From positions 1,550,001 to 1,614,000 of the forward strand of contig OX442314.1 of NCBI GenBank assembly GCA_949358305.1: a stretch of 64,000 nt of DNA, given 5' to 3'. Shown in pieces: positions 36,600 to 50,923 of the stretch. The number at the start of each line of letters is the position of its first letter. Positions within the stretch are counted from its first letter, which is position 1. This DNA comes from Strigamia acuminata. Taxonomy: Eukaryota. The position numbers and the translations under genes are program-made. Below the pieces are notes generated by a model, which worked only from the letters and a program-made list of their open reading frames with translations, was not told where the DNA came from and searched no databases.

Positions 36600-37612
36600 T
36601 GTCACGGCCCGGCATTAACGCGTAATGTAACTTTAACCCATTGTTGTGTTTGTGCGCGTTTTCCGTGTGTTCCTAACTATGATTTGTTATCATTGTTTTG
36701 TTAAAACTCCCAATAAATCCTAAACCTAATATAATTTGAGTTTTGTCTTACCTTCATTTTGTATTCATGTTTATCCCTTGACCTGGCCTGGTGTGGCTCA
36801 ATTTGGCCACATCAGACTAGTCTAAGTCAGGTATTTCCCACTGTTACCCCTCCTGATTTCGTTTAGTTCATCCTATCTAATTTAAATGTTTAGTCACTCG
36901 CGACTGACTCATCGCGATAATTATTCACGAGCGCGCCTGATTGGCTTACGCGTGCTTGACTCATGGTTCTCCCCTCGTTTTCTGTGATGGACTTGGCCCA
37001 AGTTCACTTCTGAGCTGTTTCAGCCAAGTCTGATCAGAAGGCGTAAGACCATGAGCTATCGTAAGTGCCTTAGCTGGCCGTTGTGCATTTGGCAGTCTCT
37101 CCTGTGTTAACTCACAGTATAACTCCATGCCACGTAATTGTGCATGTTTGAGTATATTCATGGTCATATCGCGTGTCTAAATTCCGCGTGTCATCTTTGT
37201 TTCCTTTCCTTTCGATGTTCTTTTGTGTTTACACGACGTTTTATGCCACTGACGTGCCTCTGGACTAGAAATTAGATTCAAGTAGCTAATGAGTTGTTTA
37301 TTTCGTCTTTTGTGCGCGATTAGTGCGCGCTTGCTCGGTCTGGCCGCTCCGCCATTAGGAGTCCCTGCCAGATTAGCTTAAGCCACGTTTGCGTTGTTAA
37401 GTCCGCACGTGAGCAGTACTTCTTCCATTTTTAAGGCTCCAACAAACTCGGTAATAATTCGTAACATGATCGAATAGGGGGTTAAGCTTGCCGCCACCCT
37501 TCAGGCTGCTTAACGTTGCCGGGCCCTTATTCGGGACCAGGCTCTCTTGTATCGTAACTGGCGCGTCTTTCAAACGCGGTTTCAAACAACCAGAAACAAC
37601 CGGTTCATGACA
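36600..37612 (+). mobile_element. LTR (~1013 bp)
   Basis: TGTCA...TGACA termini, purine-rich GAGGGGCG immediately upstream, PBS 2 nt downstream. Confidence 0.8.
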
Positions 37613-37614
37613 CG

Positions 37615-37632
37615 TGGTGCCGAAACCCGGGA
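37615..37632 (+). promoter_or_regulatory. Primer-binding site complementary to tRNA-Phe
   Basis: TGGTGCCGAAACCCGGGA is the reverse complement of the eukaryotic tRNA-Phe 3' end (TCCCGGGTTTCGGCACCA). Confidence 0.9.
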
Positions 37633-37825
37633 CCTTGTTGGAGTTTATTCAGTCTAGCGCATATAAACTAGTTGCTATTTAACAAGCATTAGTGGCGTTT
37701 TTTAGAGACTATTTTGCCGAAAGGAAGGTTTCAGAGTAACTAACTTTTCATAGTACTCGCGTATCGTTTAATTACGGTGCGCATCATTTGCAGTGAGCTG
37801 CTATTACCCTTATTATCTTGCAAAC

Positions 37826-38578
37826 ATGGCGAATAAGGAAGAAACTCCCGAGAAAAAAAGAGGGATGTTTGCCGACCTCATAGATCGTTGGGATCCTGTG
37901 CGTTTACGCGAGGAGAGACAGCGACGCGAGGAAGCAGAGCGAATACGCGGTCTGAGACCGGGCGCTCTCCGTGGGATGCTGGAGGAAATACCAACAGATT
38001 CCACTGACCAGCCTAGCTCTATGGAAAGAGATATAAACCCCACATTGGAGGGGCCGATAAGCGTGCATACTGCAACTCCGGCCAGCGCTATAGCTGAGTT
38101 GGAAGAACCAGCGCGTTTGCAAAATATTGCTTCGGCTCCAACAAGAGATGAATCAGAAGCGCCACCAGAGGTGCCTGGTTTGGGGGCTTATCTCCATGAT
38201 ATGGAGGTGGCAATTTCCGCAAGACTGGATCGGGCCATAAATGCACAATTGCATGGTTGGGCCGAGGATACGGTCGAGCGTGTAAGGAAAGTGGTGGAGG
38301 ACTGTGCTGCTCGACAACCGCCGTTGGCGGCTGGAATTCCATTAATTCCGCCGCCACAGGAACCTCATATCCTCCTGGGCGTGTCGGGGCGGACGGTTCC
38401 CCAAATTGTACCTCGTTCCACTGGAGACGCGTCTATAATCCTAACGCCAAGTGAGATAATTTTGGGTGGGGCCCGTGCAGCACCCAGTGTGCAGGGGAGA
38501 ATCCATGTGCAGTCTCGTGAAGTGGATCCAGCCGTACCATTCACAGCAGAAGCAACGTCGTATCTGAGCAGTCGATAA
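37826..38578 (+). CDS. Probable gag N-terminal portion, truncated
   Basis: First long ATG ORF ~200 bp after the PBS. It ends at an abrupt switch to AT-rich DNA. No diagnostic Gag motif seen. Confidence 0.5.
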   Translation: MANKEETPEKKRGMFADLIDRWDPVRLREERQRREEAERIRGLRPGALRGMLEEIPTDSTDQPSSMERDINPTLEGPISVHTATPASAIAELEEPARLQNIASAPTRDESEAPPEVPGLGAYLHDMEVAISARLDRAINAQLHGWAEDTVERVRKVVEDCAARQPPLAAGIPLIPPPQEPHILLGVSGRTVPQIVPRSTGDASIILTPSEIILGGARAAPSVQGRIHVQSREVDPAVPFTAEATSYLSSR

Positions 38579-39072
38579 CTGTCCAACGGCACCTGAACAT
38601 TTCAAATTGAAAACGCATTTTTTTCCTTTTCATTTCGCACAGAAAAATCAAAGTTATGCACCTGAATACAAGCCCTCATGTGCTTTTTATGCTGAGCATG
38701 ATACATTTCGCCCAGCATTTCCTCGACTTCAGAAACTGGAGTTCTTTGTTCGAAGAAAAGAGAAAAAGAAATTCGTAATACACAGTAGCCGCATTTGCAA
38801 AGTAATTTAGACTAAACAGCATTTTAAACAATATTTTTAAATTGCTTTTAAAACTGCTTCTCTTGATCCAACTTCAAAAATGGCGGCCGATTTAGTCGGT
38901 TTTCAGTCCCAGTGGGCAAAACAAAACAACAAAACATGTTTAATTGCAAGTTAACAATTACTTTATGAATTAGGCTAGTAATATCTAACATTACGTGGAA
39001 TTTATGATGCAAATGATTAGCATTTGTTTAGATGGTGCTCTGGCTTCCACGTATTCTTCAATTTCAATATCG

Positions 39073-39345
39073 CCCAGGTAAAAAAAATCTGCAGAATTCT
39101 GCAGAAAGTTTGCCAGCAGAAAAATTTCTGCAGAAAATCTTTTTTTTTCTGCAGAATTCTGCAGAAAAATTTCCAGTTGAAAAAATTTGCCAGAAATTTT
39201 TTTTCTCTGCAGAAATCTGCAGAAAAATTGGCAACCGAAAAATTTTGCAAGAAAATTTTTTTTCTCTCTGCAGAATTCTGCAGAAAAAATGCTAGCCGAA
39301 AAAATTTGCTAGAAAATCTTTTTTTTCTGCAGAATTGTGCAGAAT
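39073..39345. repeat. CTGCAGAA-rich palindromic short-repeat cluster (MITE-like fragment)
   Basis: Recurrent TCTGCAGAATTCTGCAGAAA units. Confidence 0.6.
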
Positions 39346-39363
39346 AATTGTATGCCGACCGAA

Positions 39364-39710
39364 AGGGTTGCCAATGCTGGAAATCTCGTACAGGCAAAGA
39401 TTTTGGATTTCAAAATCCTTGAAATCTCATGAAATCCTGGAAATCCTTAAAATCTCATGAAATCCTGGAAATCCTTAAAATCTCATGAAATCCTGGAAAT
39501 CCTGGAAATCTTTGAAATTTCATGAAATCCTGGAAATCCTAGAAATCGTGGAAATCTTAGAAAATTGTCTTGCAATTTGGTGTAAATTCTAGCAAATCAA
39601 GCTGGAAATCTCGCACAGGCAAAGATTTTGGATTTCAAAATCCTTGAAATCTTATGAAATCTTCAAGGATTTCAAAATCTCGTACGGGATTTTTGCGATT
39701 GGCTATCCCT
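39364..39710. mobile_element. MITE-like element with internal GAAATC repeats
   Basis: Imperfect TIRs AGGGTTGCCAAT / ATTGGCTATCCCT, internal (GAAATCCT/GAAATCTCAT)n, and a ~55-bp direct repeat at ~39380/39605. Confidence 0.55.
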
Positions 39711-41000
39711 CGACGCCGAATGAAGTGCAGAATTTATTCCTTCTCCATTTCTGCAAAGTTACGCAGAAATTTTAAACAAAAAGATGCATTCTTTTTAGTT
39801 CAAATCAAATTTTCCGAATGGACGCATTTAGTTCCTTTAATACACATATAAACATTTACAACTTCTTTAAATTAAACTTATATTTATTTAAGCTTTTTAC
39901 TTAAAGCTGAGACTATTTGAAAATTTAAAACCATTTCGGAAAAAGTAACTATAAGGTGCGTTTCATAATTATAAATCCACCCACAAATTTTGTGTCACAG
40001 CCAAACATTCTTCCCAACAATAAAATTCTTTATATTGTTTGCTTATCCTTGGGGTATGTGTGCGGATTTTGTCGGGGGCGAAAGGGTCCCGCTTTTTAAC
40101 ATTACGGCGGCCTATACGTTGTTTCGTTGATCGCGACTGTGATGCGGAATTTGCGGATGTTGTTTTGGCCGAGTAGTTCGTGCGACCGAGCGCGTTTTGT
40201 TCGTTGCTTTTCGGTGTTCGGTGGGTTTTGTGACCGGTCAAGGGTTTCGCTAAAACGTGGTTTTTGTGACGGGAGGGAGGGGGGATCGGTTCATGTGCTC
40301 CGAACGCGCCGCGACGCGCCGTGACTTGGGCCAAAAACGACCCGGTCGGAAACCGGGTCCCGGGCTTCGTCGAGGCGTGGTTTTTGAGAACGGGGGGAGG
40401 GGGGGATCGGGTCGCGTGCTCCGAAAGCGCCGCGACGCGCCGTGACTTGGGCCAAAAACGACCCGGTCGGAAACCGGGTCCCGGGCTTCGTCGAGGCGTG
40501 GTCCCGATCGGGACAAACTCTTCCGGAAAATGTCCGGTGGAATGTTGAGAGTGTCGATGGACGACGTTCGAGTTTATATCGTAAGTAAGTAAGTATCTGA
40601 CAAAACTTGCACAGAATTTTGTCAACATTTGATAAATTTCCACAGAATTTAACGTTGTTTTGCTAAAACCTGCGGAAACGTGTCTAGTCGGGCAGAAACG
40701 TCTCGTAAAATGTTGCTGAAATTCCGTGGAAATTTGTCAAAAATTGACAAAAGTTGGTGACCGACCCACATCGCGTTGCGGCGCGGTCGGAGCACGCGAC
40801 CCGATCCCCCCCCCCCCCCCCTCCCCCCGTCCCCAAAAAACCACGCCTCGAGGAACCCCGAGGTTCGGTTTCCGACCGGGTCGCCTCTTGATCCGACTCG
40901 GGGCGCGTCACGACGCGGTCGGAGGACGGCCCTCGCCCCCAAAAACCACACTCCGGGTCACGTGGTCTCGCACCCGACTCTTTCAGTTTTCCCGTTTTCA

Positions 41001-44000
41001 GCCCGTTACGGGATCGTGACGGGACTGTCGGCGGCCCGTTAACGGCCCGCACGAGCCGTGACGGGATCGTGACGGGACCGTTGGCGGCCCGTTAACGGCC
41101 CGCACGGGCCGTGACGGGATCGTGACGGGACCGTCGGCGGCCCGTTAACGGCCCGTACGACTCCATGCGGGCCGTTGACGGGCCGTTGACGGGCCGTTAA
41201 CGGGCCGTTAACGGGCCGTTAACGGGCCGTTACGGCGTAAATCGAAAAAATCAACAACCGACAACACGTACGTGAAAACGCGTACAACATTCATAGACAT
41301 TAATCTCGAATCCTGTTTTTGGTTTTACGCCGTTAACGGGCCGTTAACGGCCCGTTAACGGCCCGTTAACGGCCCGCGTGAGGTCGTACGGGCCGTCGGC
41401 GAGCCGAAGTCCGGGAACGAAGGCCGTGACGGGATCGTGACGGGACCGTCAGCGGCCCGTTAACGGCCCGTGCGGGCCGTTGCGGGATCGTGACGGGATC
41501 GTCGACGGCCCGTTAACGGCCCGTGCGGGCCGTTGCGGGCCGTTGACGGGCCGTTGACGGGCCGTTAACGGGCCGTTAACGGGCCGTTACGGCGTGAATC
41601 GAAAAAATCAACAACCGACAACACGTACATGAAAACGCGTACAACATTCATAGACATTAATCTCGAATCCTGTTTTCGGTTTTGCCCCGTTAACGGGCCG
41701 TTAACGGGCCGTTAACGGGCCGTTAACGGCCCGTGCGGGCCGTTGCGGGATCGTGACGGGACCGTCAGCGGCCCGTTAACGGCCCGTGCGGGCCGTTGCG
41801 GGATCGTGACGGGATCGTCGACGGCCCGTTAACGGCCCGTGCGGGCCGTTGCGGGATCGTGACGGGACCGTCAGCGGCCCGTTAACGGCCCGTGCGGGCC
41901 GTTGCGGGATCGTGACGGGATCGTCGACGGCCCGTTAACGGCCCGTGCGGGCCGTTGCGGGCCGTTGACGGGCCGTTGACGGGCCGTTAACGGGCCGTTA
42001 ACGGGCCATTACGGCGTGAATCGAAAAAATCAACAACCGACAACACGTACATGAAAACGCGTACAACATTCATAGACATTAATCTCGAATCCTGTTTTTG
42101 GTTTTACGCCGTTAACGGGCCGTTAACGGGCCGTTAACGGCCCGTTAACGGCCCGCGTGAGGTCGTACGGGCCGTCGGCGAGCCGAAGTCCGGGAACGAA
42201 GGCCGTGACGGGATCGTGACGGGACCGTCAGCGGCCCGTTAACGGCCCGTGCGGGCCGTTGCGGGATCGTGACGGGATCGTCGACGGCCCGTTAACGGCC
42301 CGTGCGGGCCGTTGCGGGCCGTTGACGGGCCGTTGACGGGCCGTTAACGGGCCGTTAACGGGCCGTTACGGCGTGAATCGAAAAAATCAACAACCGACAA
42401 CACGTACATGAAAACGCGTACAACATTCATAGACATTAATCTCGAATCCTGTTTTCGGTTTTGCCCCGTTAACGGGCCGTTAACGGGCCGTTAACGGGCC
42501 GTTAACGGCCCGTGCGGGCCGTTGCGGGATCGTGACGGGACCGTCGACGGCCCGTTAACGGCCCGTGCGGGCCGTTGCGGGATCGTGACGGGACCGTCAG
42601 CGGCCCGTTAACGGCCCGTGCGGGCCGTTGCGGGATCGTGACGGGATCGTCGACGGCCCGTTAACGGCCCGTGCGGGCCGTTGCGGGATCGTGACGGGAC
42701 CGTCAGCGGCCCGTTAACGGCCCGTGCGGGCCGTTGCGGGATCGTGACGGGATCGTCGACGGCCCGTTAACGGCCCGTGCGGGCCGTTGCGGGCCGTTGA
42801 CGGGCCGTTGACGGGCCGTTAACGGGCCGTTAACGGGCCGTTACGGCGTGAATCGAAAAAATCAACAACCGACAACACGTACATGAAAACGCGTACAACA
42901 TTCATAGACATTAATCTCGAATCCTGTTTTTGGTTTTACGCCGTTAACGGGCCGTTAACGGGCCGTTAACGGCCCGTTAACGGCCCGCGTGAGGTCGTAC
43001 GGGCCGTCGGCGAGCCGAAGTCCGGGAACGAAGGCCGTGACGGGATCGTGACGGGACCGTCAGCGGCCCGTTAACGGCCCGTGCGGGCCGTTGCGGGATC
43101 GTGACGGGATCGTCGACGGCCCGTTAACGGCCCGTGCGGGCCGTTGCGGGCCGTTGACGGGCCGTTGACGGGCCGTTAACGGGCCGTTAACGGGCCGTTA
43201 CGGCGTGAATCGAAAAAATCAACAACCGACAACACGTACATGAAAACGCGTACAACATTCATAGACATTAATCTCGAATCCTGTTTTCGGTTTTGCCCCG
43301 TTAACGGGCCGTTAACGGGCCGTTAACGGGCCGTTAACGGCCCGTGCGGGCCGTTGCGGGATCGTGACGGGACCGTCGACGGCCCGTTAACGGCCCGTGC
43401 GGGCCGTTGCGGGATCGTGACGGGACCGTCAGCGGCCCGTTAACGGCCCGTGCGGGCCGTTGCGGGATCGTGACGGGATCGTCGACGGCCCGTTAACGGC
43501 CCGTGCGGGCCGTTGCGGGATCGTGACGGGACCGTCAGCGGCCCGTTAACGGCCCGTGCGGGCCGTTGCGGGATCGTGACGGGATCGTCGACGGCCCGTT
43601 AACGGCCCGTGCGGGCCGTTGCGGGCCGTTGACGGGCCGTTGACGGGCCGTTAACGGGCCGTTAACGGGCCGTTACGGCGTGAATCGAAAAAATCAACAA
43701 CCGACAACACGTACATGAAAACGCGTACAACATTCATAGACATTAATCTCGAATCCTGTTTTTGGTTTTACGCCGTTAACGGGCCGTTAACGGGCCGTTA
43801 ACGGCCCGTTAACGGCCCGCGTGAGGTCGTACGGGCCGTCGGCGAGCCGAAGTCCGGGAACGAAGGCCGTGACGGGATCGTGACGGGACCGTCAGCGGCC
43901 CGTTAACGGCCCGTGCGGGCCGTTGCGGGATCGTGACGGGATCGTCGACGGCCCGTTAACGGCCCGTGCGGGCCGTTGCGGGCCGTTGACGGGCCGTTGA

Positions 44001-45520
44001 CGGGCCGTTAACGGGCCGTTAACGGGCCGTTACGGCGTGAATCGAAAAAATCAACAACCGACAACACGTACATGAAAACGCGTACAACATTCATAGACAT
44101 TAATCTCGAATCCTGTTTTCGGTTTTGCCCCGTTAACGGGCCGTTAACGGGCCGTTAACGGGCCGTTAACGGCCCGTGCGGGCCGTTGCGGGATCGTGAC
44201 GGGACCGTCGACGGCCCGTTAACGGCCCGTGCGGGCCGTTGCGGGATCGTGACGGGACCGTCAGCGGCCCGTTAACGGCCCGTGCGGGCCGTTGCGGGAT
44301 CGTGACGGGATCGTCGACGGCCCGTTAACGGCCCGTGCGGGCCGTTGCGGGATCGTGACGGGACCGTCAGCGGCCCGTTAACGGCCCGTGCGGGCCGTTG
44401 CGGGATCGTGACGGGATCGTCGACGGCCCGTTAACGGCCCGTGCGGGCCGTTGCGGGCCGTTGACGGGCCGTTGACGGGCCGTTAACGGGCCGTTAACGG
44501 GCCGTTACGGCGTGAATCGAAAAAATCAACAACCGACAACACGTACATGAAAACGCGTACAACATTCATAGACATTAATCTCGAATCCTGTTTTTGGTTT
44601 TACGCCGTTAACGGGCCGTTAACGGGCCGTTAACGGCCCGTTAACGGCCCGCGTGAGGTCGTACGGGCCGTCGGCGAGCCGAAGTCCGGGAACGAAGGCC
44701 GTGACGGGATCGTGACGGGACCGTCAGCGGCCCGTTAACGGCCCGTGCGGGCCGTTGCGGGATCGTGACGGGATCGTCGACGGCCCGTTAACGGCCCGTG
44801 CGGGCCGTTGCGGGCCGTTGACGGGCCGTTGACGGGCCGTTAACGGGCCGTTAACGGGCCGTTACGGCGTAAATCGAAAAAATCAACAACCGACAACACG
44901 TACGTGAAAACGCGTACAACATTCATAGACATTAATCTCGAATCCTGTTTTTGGTTTTACGCCGTTAACGGGCCGTTAACGGCCCGTTAACGGCCCGTTA
45001 ACGGCCCGCACAGGCCGTGACGGGATCGTGACGGGACTGTCGGCGGCCCGTTAACGGCCCGCACGAGCCGTGACGGGATCGTGACGGGACCGTCGGCAGC
45101 CCGTTAACGGCCCGTACGACTCCATGCGGGCCGTTGACGGGCCGTTAACGGGCCGTTAACGGCCCGTTAACGGCGTAAAACCAAAAACAGGATTCGAGAT
45201 TAATGTCTATGAATGTTGTACGCGTTTTCACGTACGTGTTGTCGGTTGTTGATTTTTTCGATTTACACCGTCACGGCCCGTTAACGGCCCGTTAACGGCC
45301 CGTCAACGGCCCGTCAACGGCCCGTCAACGGCCCGCATGGGCCCGCACGGGCCGTTAACGGGCCGCCGACGGTCCCGTCACGATCCCGTAACGGTCCGCA
45401 CGGGCCGTTAACGGGCCGCCGACGGTCCCGTCACGATCCCGTAACGGCCCGTACAAGCCGTTAACGGGCCGCCGACGGTCCCGTCACGATCCCGTAACGG
45501 CCCGTCATGATCCCGTAACG
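41001..45520. repeat. Expanded mirror satellite (AT-rich module x11, ~832-bp higher-order repeat)
   Basis: Ten modules in one orientation (~41233 to ~44866) and one inverted at ~45172. Higher-order spacing 42013/42844/43677/44509. Confidence 0.95.
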
Positions 45521-45910
45521 GGAAAACTGAGAGAGTCGGGTGCGAGACCACGTGACCCGGAGTGTGGTTTTTGGGGGCGAGGGCCGTCCTTCGACCGCGC
45601 CGTGACGCGCCCCGGGTCGGATCAAGAGGCGACCCGGTCGGAAACCGAACCTCGGGGTTCCTCGAGGCGTGGTTTTTTGGGGACGGGGGGAGGGGGGGAT
45701 CGGGTCGCGTGCTCCGACCGCGCCGCAACGCGCCGTGGGTCGGTCACCAACCTTTGTCAATATTTTATAAATTTCCACGGAATTTCAGCAATGTTTTACA
45801 TAAGTCCGTCAAATCGGGCAGAAATATCCCGTACAATGTCGCTGCAATTCTGTGGAAATTTATCAGATATTGACAAAATTCGGTGACGGGCGGAAGGGCG
45901 ATTCCCGGGC

Positions 45911-45948
<38 letters not shown>

Positions 45949-46034
45949 ACGGCCGGCGCCTACGCCGACGGGGCGCGGAGGGCGAGTGCACTGTTCACGC
46001 ATGTGGGCGCGTGAACAGTGCACTCTCTCTCTCA

Positions 46035-46273
<239 letters not shown>

Positions 46274-46774
46274 TTTTTTTTTTTTTTTTCGCTAGTTGCG
46301 TCGAGGGGGTGCGTCTGCGCGACCACCGCCGCCGCCGCCGCCACCGACACCGAGTGAAAAGAAGAGCGAGGAGACGGCGCTGGAGGCGATGGTCGAGAAG
46401 ATGATGGCGAGGACGGAGGCAAAATTGGAAGCGATGCTGGCGAGAACGGAGGAACGATTCGAGAACATGTTGGAGAGGGTGGAGAAGAAGTGGATGGGAG
46501 CGATGGCCGATGATACGGAGCCGGTGGACGACGAAGGCGACGACAAAGGGGCGACCGGTGGTAAAGGTGGCGAGGAGAGGACCGGCGGCGACGGCGGCGA
46601 CGACGACGACGACAGCCACTCTTCGATTCTAATTATTCATTCATTCATTCATTCATTTATGTATTTATTTATTTATTTATTTCCCCGTGGACCGTAAACG
46701 AGTGGTTTACAATATTTTTTTTTTTTATTTTTTTTATATTTTTAAGACTGAAGAATAAAGTCTGATTATTGTAT

Positions 46775-46813
<39 letters not shown>

Positions 46814-46988
46814 TACATTTGTACATTCAAAAGTTAAAAATAAAAATTTCAAAAATTACAAAATTACAAAATTACAAAATTACAAAATTACAAAATTAAC
46901 AAAAATTAACAAAAATTAACAAAAATTAAAAGAAAAGGAGAGAAGAGACGACGATGGTGGTGGTGGTGGTGGTGGTGGTGGTTTAGGT

Positions 46989-47019
<31 letters not shown>

Positions 47020-47718
47020 GCGACTACATCACACAGTGGAGTTTCTGGCACGACGACGGAGCCTGCGCGCGCCCATCCCCACCGCAAGCGCGAAATCCAG
47101 TGACAAAATTTGGAAAATGCGACCACGGAGATTGGGCGAGTAGGTTTTCGCGCGCCCTCCCGACACACCGTGGAAATAAAAATAGAAACATGTAAACGAA
47201 AATAAAAAACGAGAATGAAAATAAAGATGAGAACGGTAAATGAAAATAAAAAAATAAAACGAAGAAATAAAAGGAGAGCCGAATCTTTCGACTCCCCCCC
47301 ACCCTCCCGCAACCTCGCGGGAGAGTGTTCACCATCACTATCTGAAACGAAGAAGGGACCAAACTGAAACGGCACAATGTATGGCAATGTCAATGGAATG
47401 CGTGTTTGACAATACAGCTTTGCCAGAAACGAAAACTCGCGGGAGCGGGATTCGAACCCTCGATCCACAACTCCGTACGGCAGGTAACTCTGCCCGCTCG
47501 GCCACCCGGGCCCGGAGACAAAGCGTCGCTATTTTCGATGACGACGTTTGTCGTTATTACTAATCATTATCGGTTATTGATTATTAATCGTCGATTATTA
47601 ATTAATTATTGATTATTAATTATTAGTTGTCAGTTATTGCCATTATTAGTGTCGTTTATTCATTAATCTTTTTCGCGTCACCGGTCGACCGACATGCTCT
47701 AGCGTCACATCTCGCGAG

Positions 47719-47771
<53 letters not shown>

Positions 47772-47992
47772 TGTGAGTGAGTGCACTTTTCCCGACCACG
47801 CGACGTCTGCGTTTTGCGACCAACTTCGTTCGACGACCGACAGACATTTATCCATTCATACATACATACATACATACATACATACATACATACATACATA
47901 CATACACAACGTGGTAAGTTTCTCCAACGCTATTACCGCGACAACCATTTCGTTCTCGTCAGTCGGCGTCAACTTTTCGTTCCGTTTTTCAG

Positions 47993-48160
47993 ATGGAACC
48001 GAACCGCGAACGAAACGAGGATCCGAGATGGCCGCCCATTCCCGTCGTCACGGTGAGCGCGTTTATTTTCTTCGACGTGTCACGTCGCCCCGCTTAAAAT
48101 TTTGCTTTCAGGTTGACATCACCGACGACGACGAAGAAGACGGCAATGGCGCTGTCGTTG

Positions 48161-48217
<57 letters not shown>

Positions 48218-49305
48218 ACAACGACGACGAAGACCTAACCGAGATCGACGCCGCCATGTTGCGCGACGTTAAACGAGGAGTCAAACTCGAGGTCGAAGTG
48301 AGTAAAAATTTTCGCGTTGCCCCGCGTTACCCGGCGCAATATTTTTGTTCATTCGTTCGTTCCTTCGTTCTCTCTAGACTGGGGCGGTCGAATTCGAGCT
48401 GCCGTTCGAAAAGAAGGAAGGAGAGGAGGGGGAGGAAGAGCCGCCGTCGACCGCGCGGCTCCTGTGGGCGCTGGGAAACCAGCTGGGAGAGGAGCAACGA
48501 CAACTGCGTCGAACCACGGACGACGAGTTGGAGAGGTTCAAGCGAGAGATGCGAAGACGGTTGGAGGCGAAGAAGAGAGAACTTGATGAGCGGTTGAGAC
48601 TACAAGAGGTGTCCCACCAGCGCCAAATCCATTTGCGTCTCGAACAGTTGGACCGAGAAAGCGCGGTCTATCGGCGGGCGTGGCGTCGACAGGAGCGGGA
48701 GCAACGAGAGCGGGAGCAGCGAGAGTGGGAGGGATTGGAGCGGGAGCGATTGGAGCTGGAGCAGTCGGAGCAGCAGTGGGAGCGGGAGCGAGAGCAGCAG
48801 TGGCAGCAGTGGCAGCAACAACAACGACGACCACTCGAGTCGGAGCCGGAGTCGGAGTCGGCTCATGACGTGGAGGTGGAGGACTTAAAAAAAAAGGCGT
48901 TGGATCTCGAGAAGCGCCCGAGACAAGAACACGTGAGTGTCTGTCTGTCTCTGTCTCTCTCTCTTTCCCCCCTTCCCATTTCACGGCGCACGGGGTCAAA
49001 CTCGATTTCGATTAGACACCGTCCCACCCCGGCCAATTTATTTTCCATTTACTTTGTTTTATTTTACTTTACTTTACTTTACTTTACTTTACTTTACTTG
49101 TCCCCAGTTGAGTCACTCGCCGACCCGAGAGCCCGACGACCAACCGCCAGCCACCATTGTCGTTGCCGAAGGACCGACCGAAACCCGAGAGCGATCCGAG
49201 TCGGACGAGGCGATGGACGCGGCCACGGCCACGACGAGTGGGTACCGCGAGCACCGGGCCATCGCTCCAACGCGCCCCGACGCGACCGATCGACTAATTA
49301 ATTAG
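47993..49305 (+). CDS. Mirror copy of the 4-exon coiled-coil gene
   Basis: Reverse complement with shorter poly-Ala and last residues altered by a small indel. Confidence 0.7.
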
Positions 49306-49440
49306 TTAATTCGTTCGTTTTTATTTATCCCTGTTTCATTTGTTTTCAATTCTTCTTCTTTTTTTTTTTTGTTTTTTTTTTTTTTTTTCCTCGTTGGCAC
49401 CGACAATACGTCGTCATCGCCTTTGTTTTTGTTGTTGTTA

Positions 49441-49490
<50 letters not shown>

Positions 49491-50923
49491 TAATAAAAAT
49501 GGAAAAATGAAATAAAATACAATAAAATATAATAAAATAAAACGAAACAGAATTAATCGGCCAGTCGGCTGTCCAAAATTGACACGTGTTCGGTCGTGAA
49601 GACGTCGCGGATTGAGCGAACACACACAGTCGTCCGTCGAAGCGAGAAGGAAGAGGGCGATGTTGTCGTGGCGACCCACACACGCGCGTCCGCGTCAGTT
49701 TTGGGAAAACCGTCCGCCATGGCCTAGAAGAGACCGACGGATAAATGGGCGAATGAAACGCTCGTTTAACCTTGGGGTATGTGTGCGGATTTTGTCGGGG
49801 GCGAAAGGGTCCCGCTTTTTAACATTACGGCGGCCTATACGTTGTTTCGTTGATCGCGACTGCGATGCGGAATTTGCGGATGTTGTTTTGGCCGAGTAGT
49901 TCGTGCGACCGAGCGCGTTTTGTTCGTTGCTTTTCGGTGTTCGGTGGGTTTTGTGACCGGTCAAGGGTTTCGCTAAAACGTGGTTTTTGTGACGGGAGGG
50001 AGGGGGGGGATCGGGTCGCGTGCTCCGAAAGCGCCGCGACGCGCCGTGACTCTTGATCCGACTCGGGGCGCGTCACGGCGCGGTCGGAGGACGGCCCTCG
50101 CCCCCAAAAACCACACTCCGGGTCACGTGGTCTCGCACCCGACTCCCTCAGTTTTCCCGTTTTCAGCCCGTTACGGGATCATGACGGGCCGTTACGGGAT
50201 CGTGACGGGACCGTCGGCGGCCCGTTAACGGGCCGTTAACGGCCCGCATGAGGTCGTACGGGCCGTCGGCGAGCCGAAGTCCGGGAACGAAGGCCGTTAC
50301 GGGACCGTCACGGGACCGTCGGCGGCCCGTTAACGGCCCGTGCGAGCCGTTACGGGATCGTGACGGGACCGTCACGATCCCGTCAACGGCTTGTACGGGC
50401 CGTTAACGAGCCGCCAACGGGACCGTCACGATCTCGTAACGGCCCGTACAAGCCGTTGACGGGATCGTGACGGGACCGTCACGATCCCGTAACGGCCCGC
50501 ACGGTCCGTTAACGGGCCGCCGACGGTCCCGTCACGACCCCATCACGGCCCGTACAAGCCGTTGACGGGGTCGTGACGGGACCGTTACGGGACCGTCGGC
50601 GGGCCGTTACGGGCCATATACGGTATTTTTGCGGAGTCGCGGTCGCGCGAGATTCGTCGCGGTAAAAGCGAATTCATTTACGGTCTCGGCTACCACTCGA
50701 AGTCGACGGCCTCGACTCGCGCGGCCACGAAATGGTTTGCGAGCTCGACACCAGATGTCACGACAAACGCGCACGTTGGTCCGACAGCGTATATCGCGCG
50801 AGTGTTTCATTTTCCTCCCGGTTTTCATCGGCACTTCGTCTCCGTTGGTAAGTTTGGTGTTTTGTGTGGTTTCTCTCTCCAATTTATTTTCAATTCTCTA
50901 CTCGTCTCCCACACAGAAGAAAG

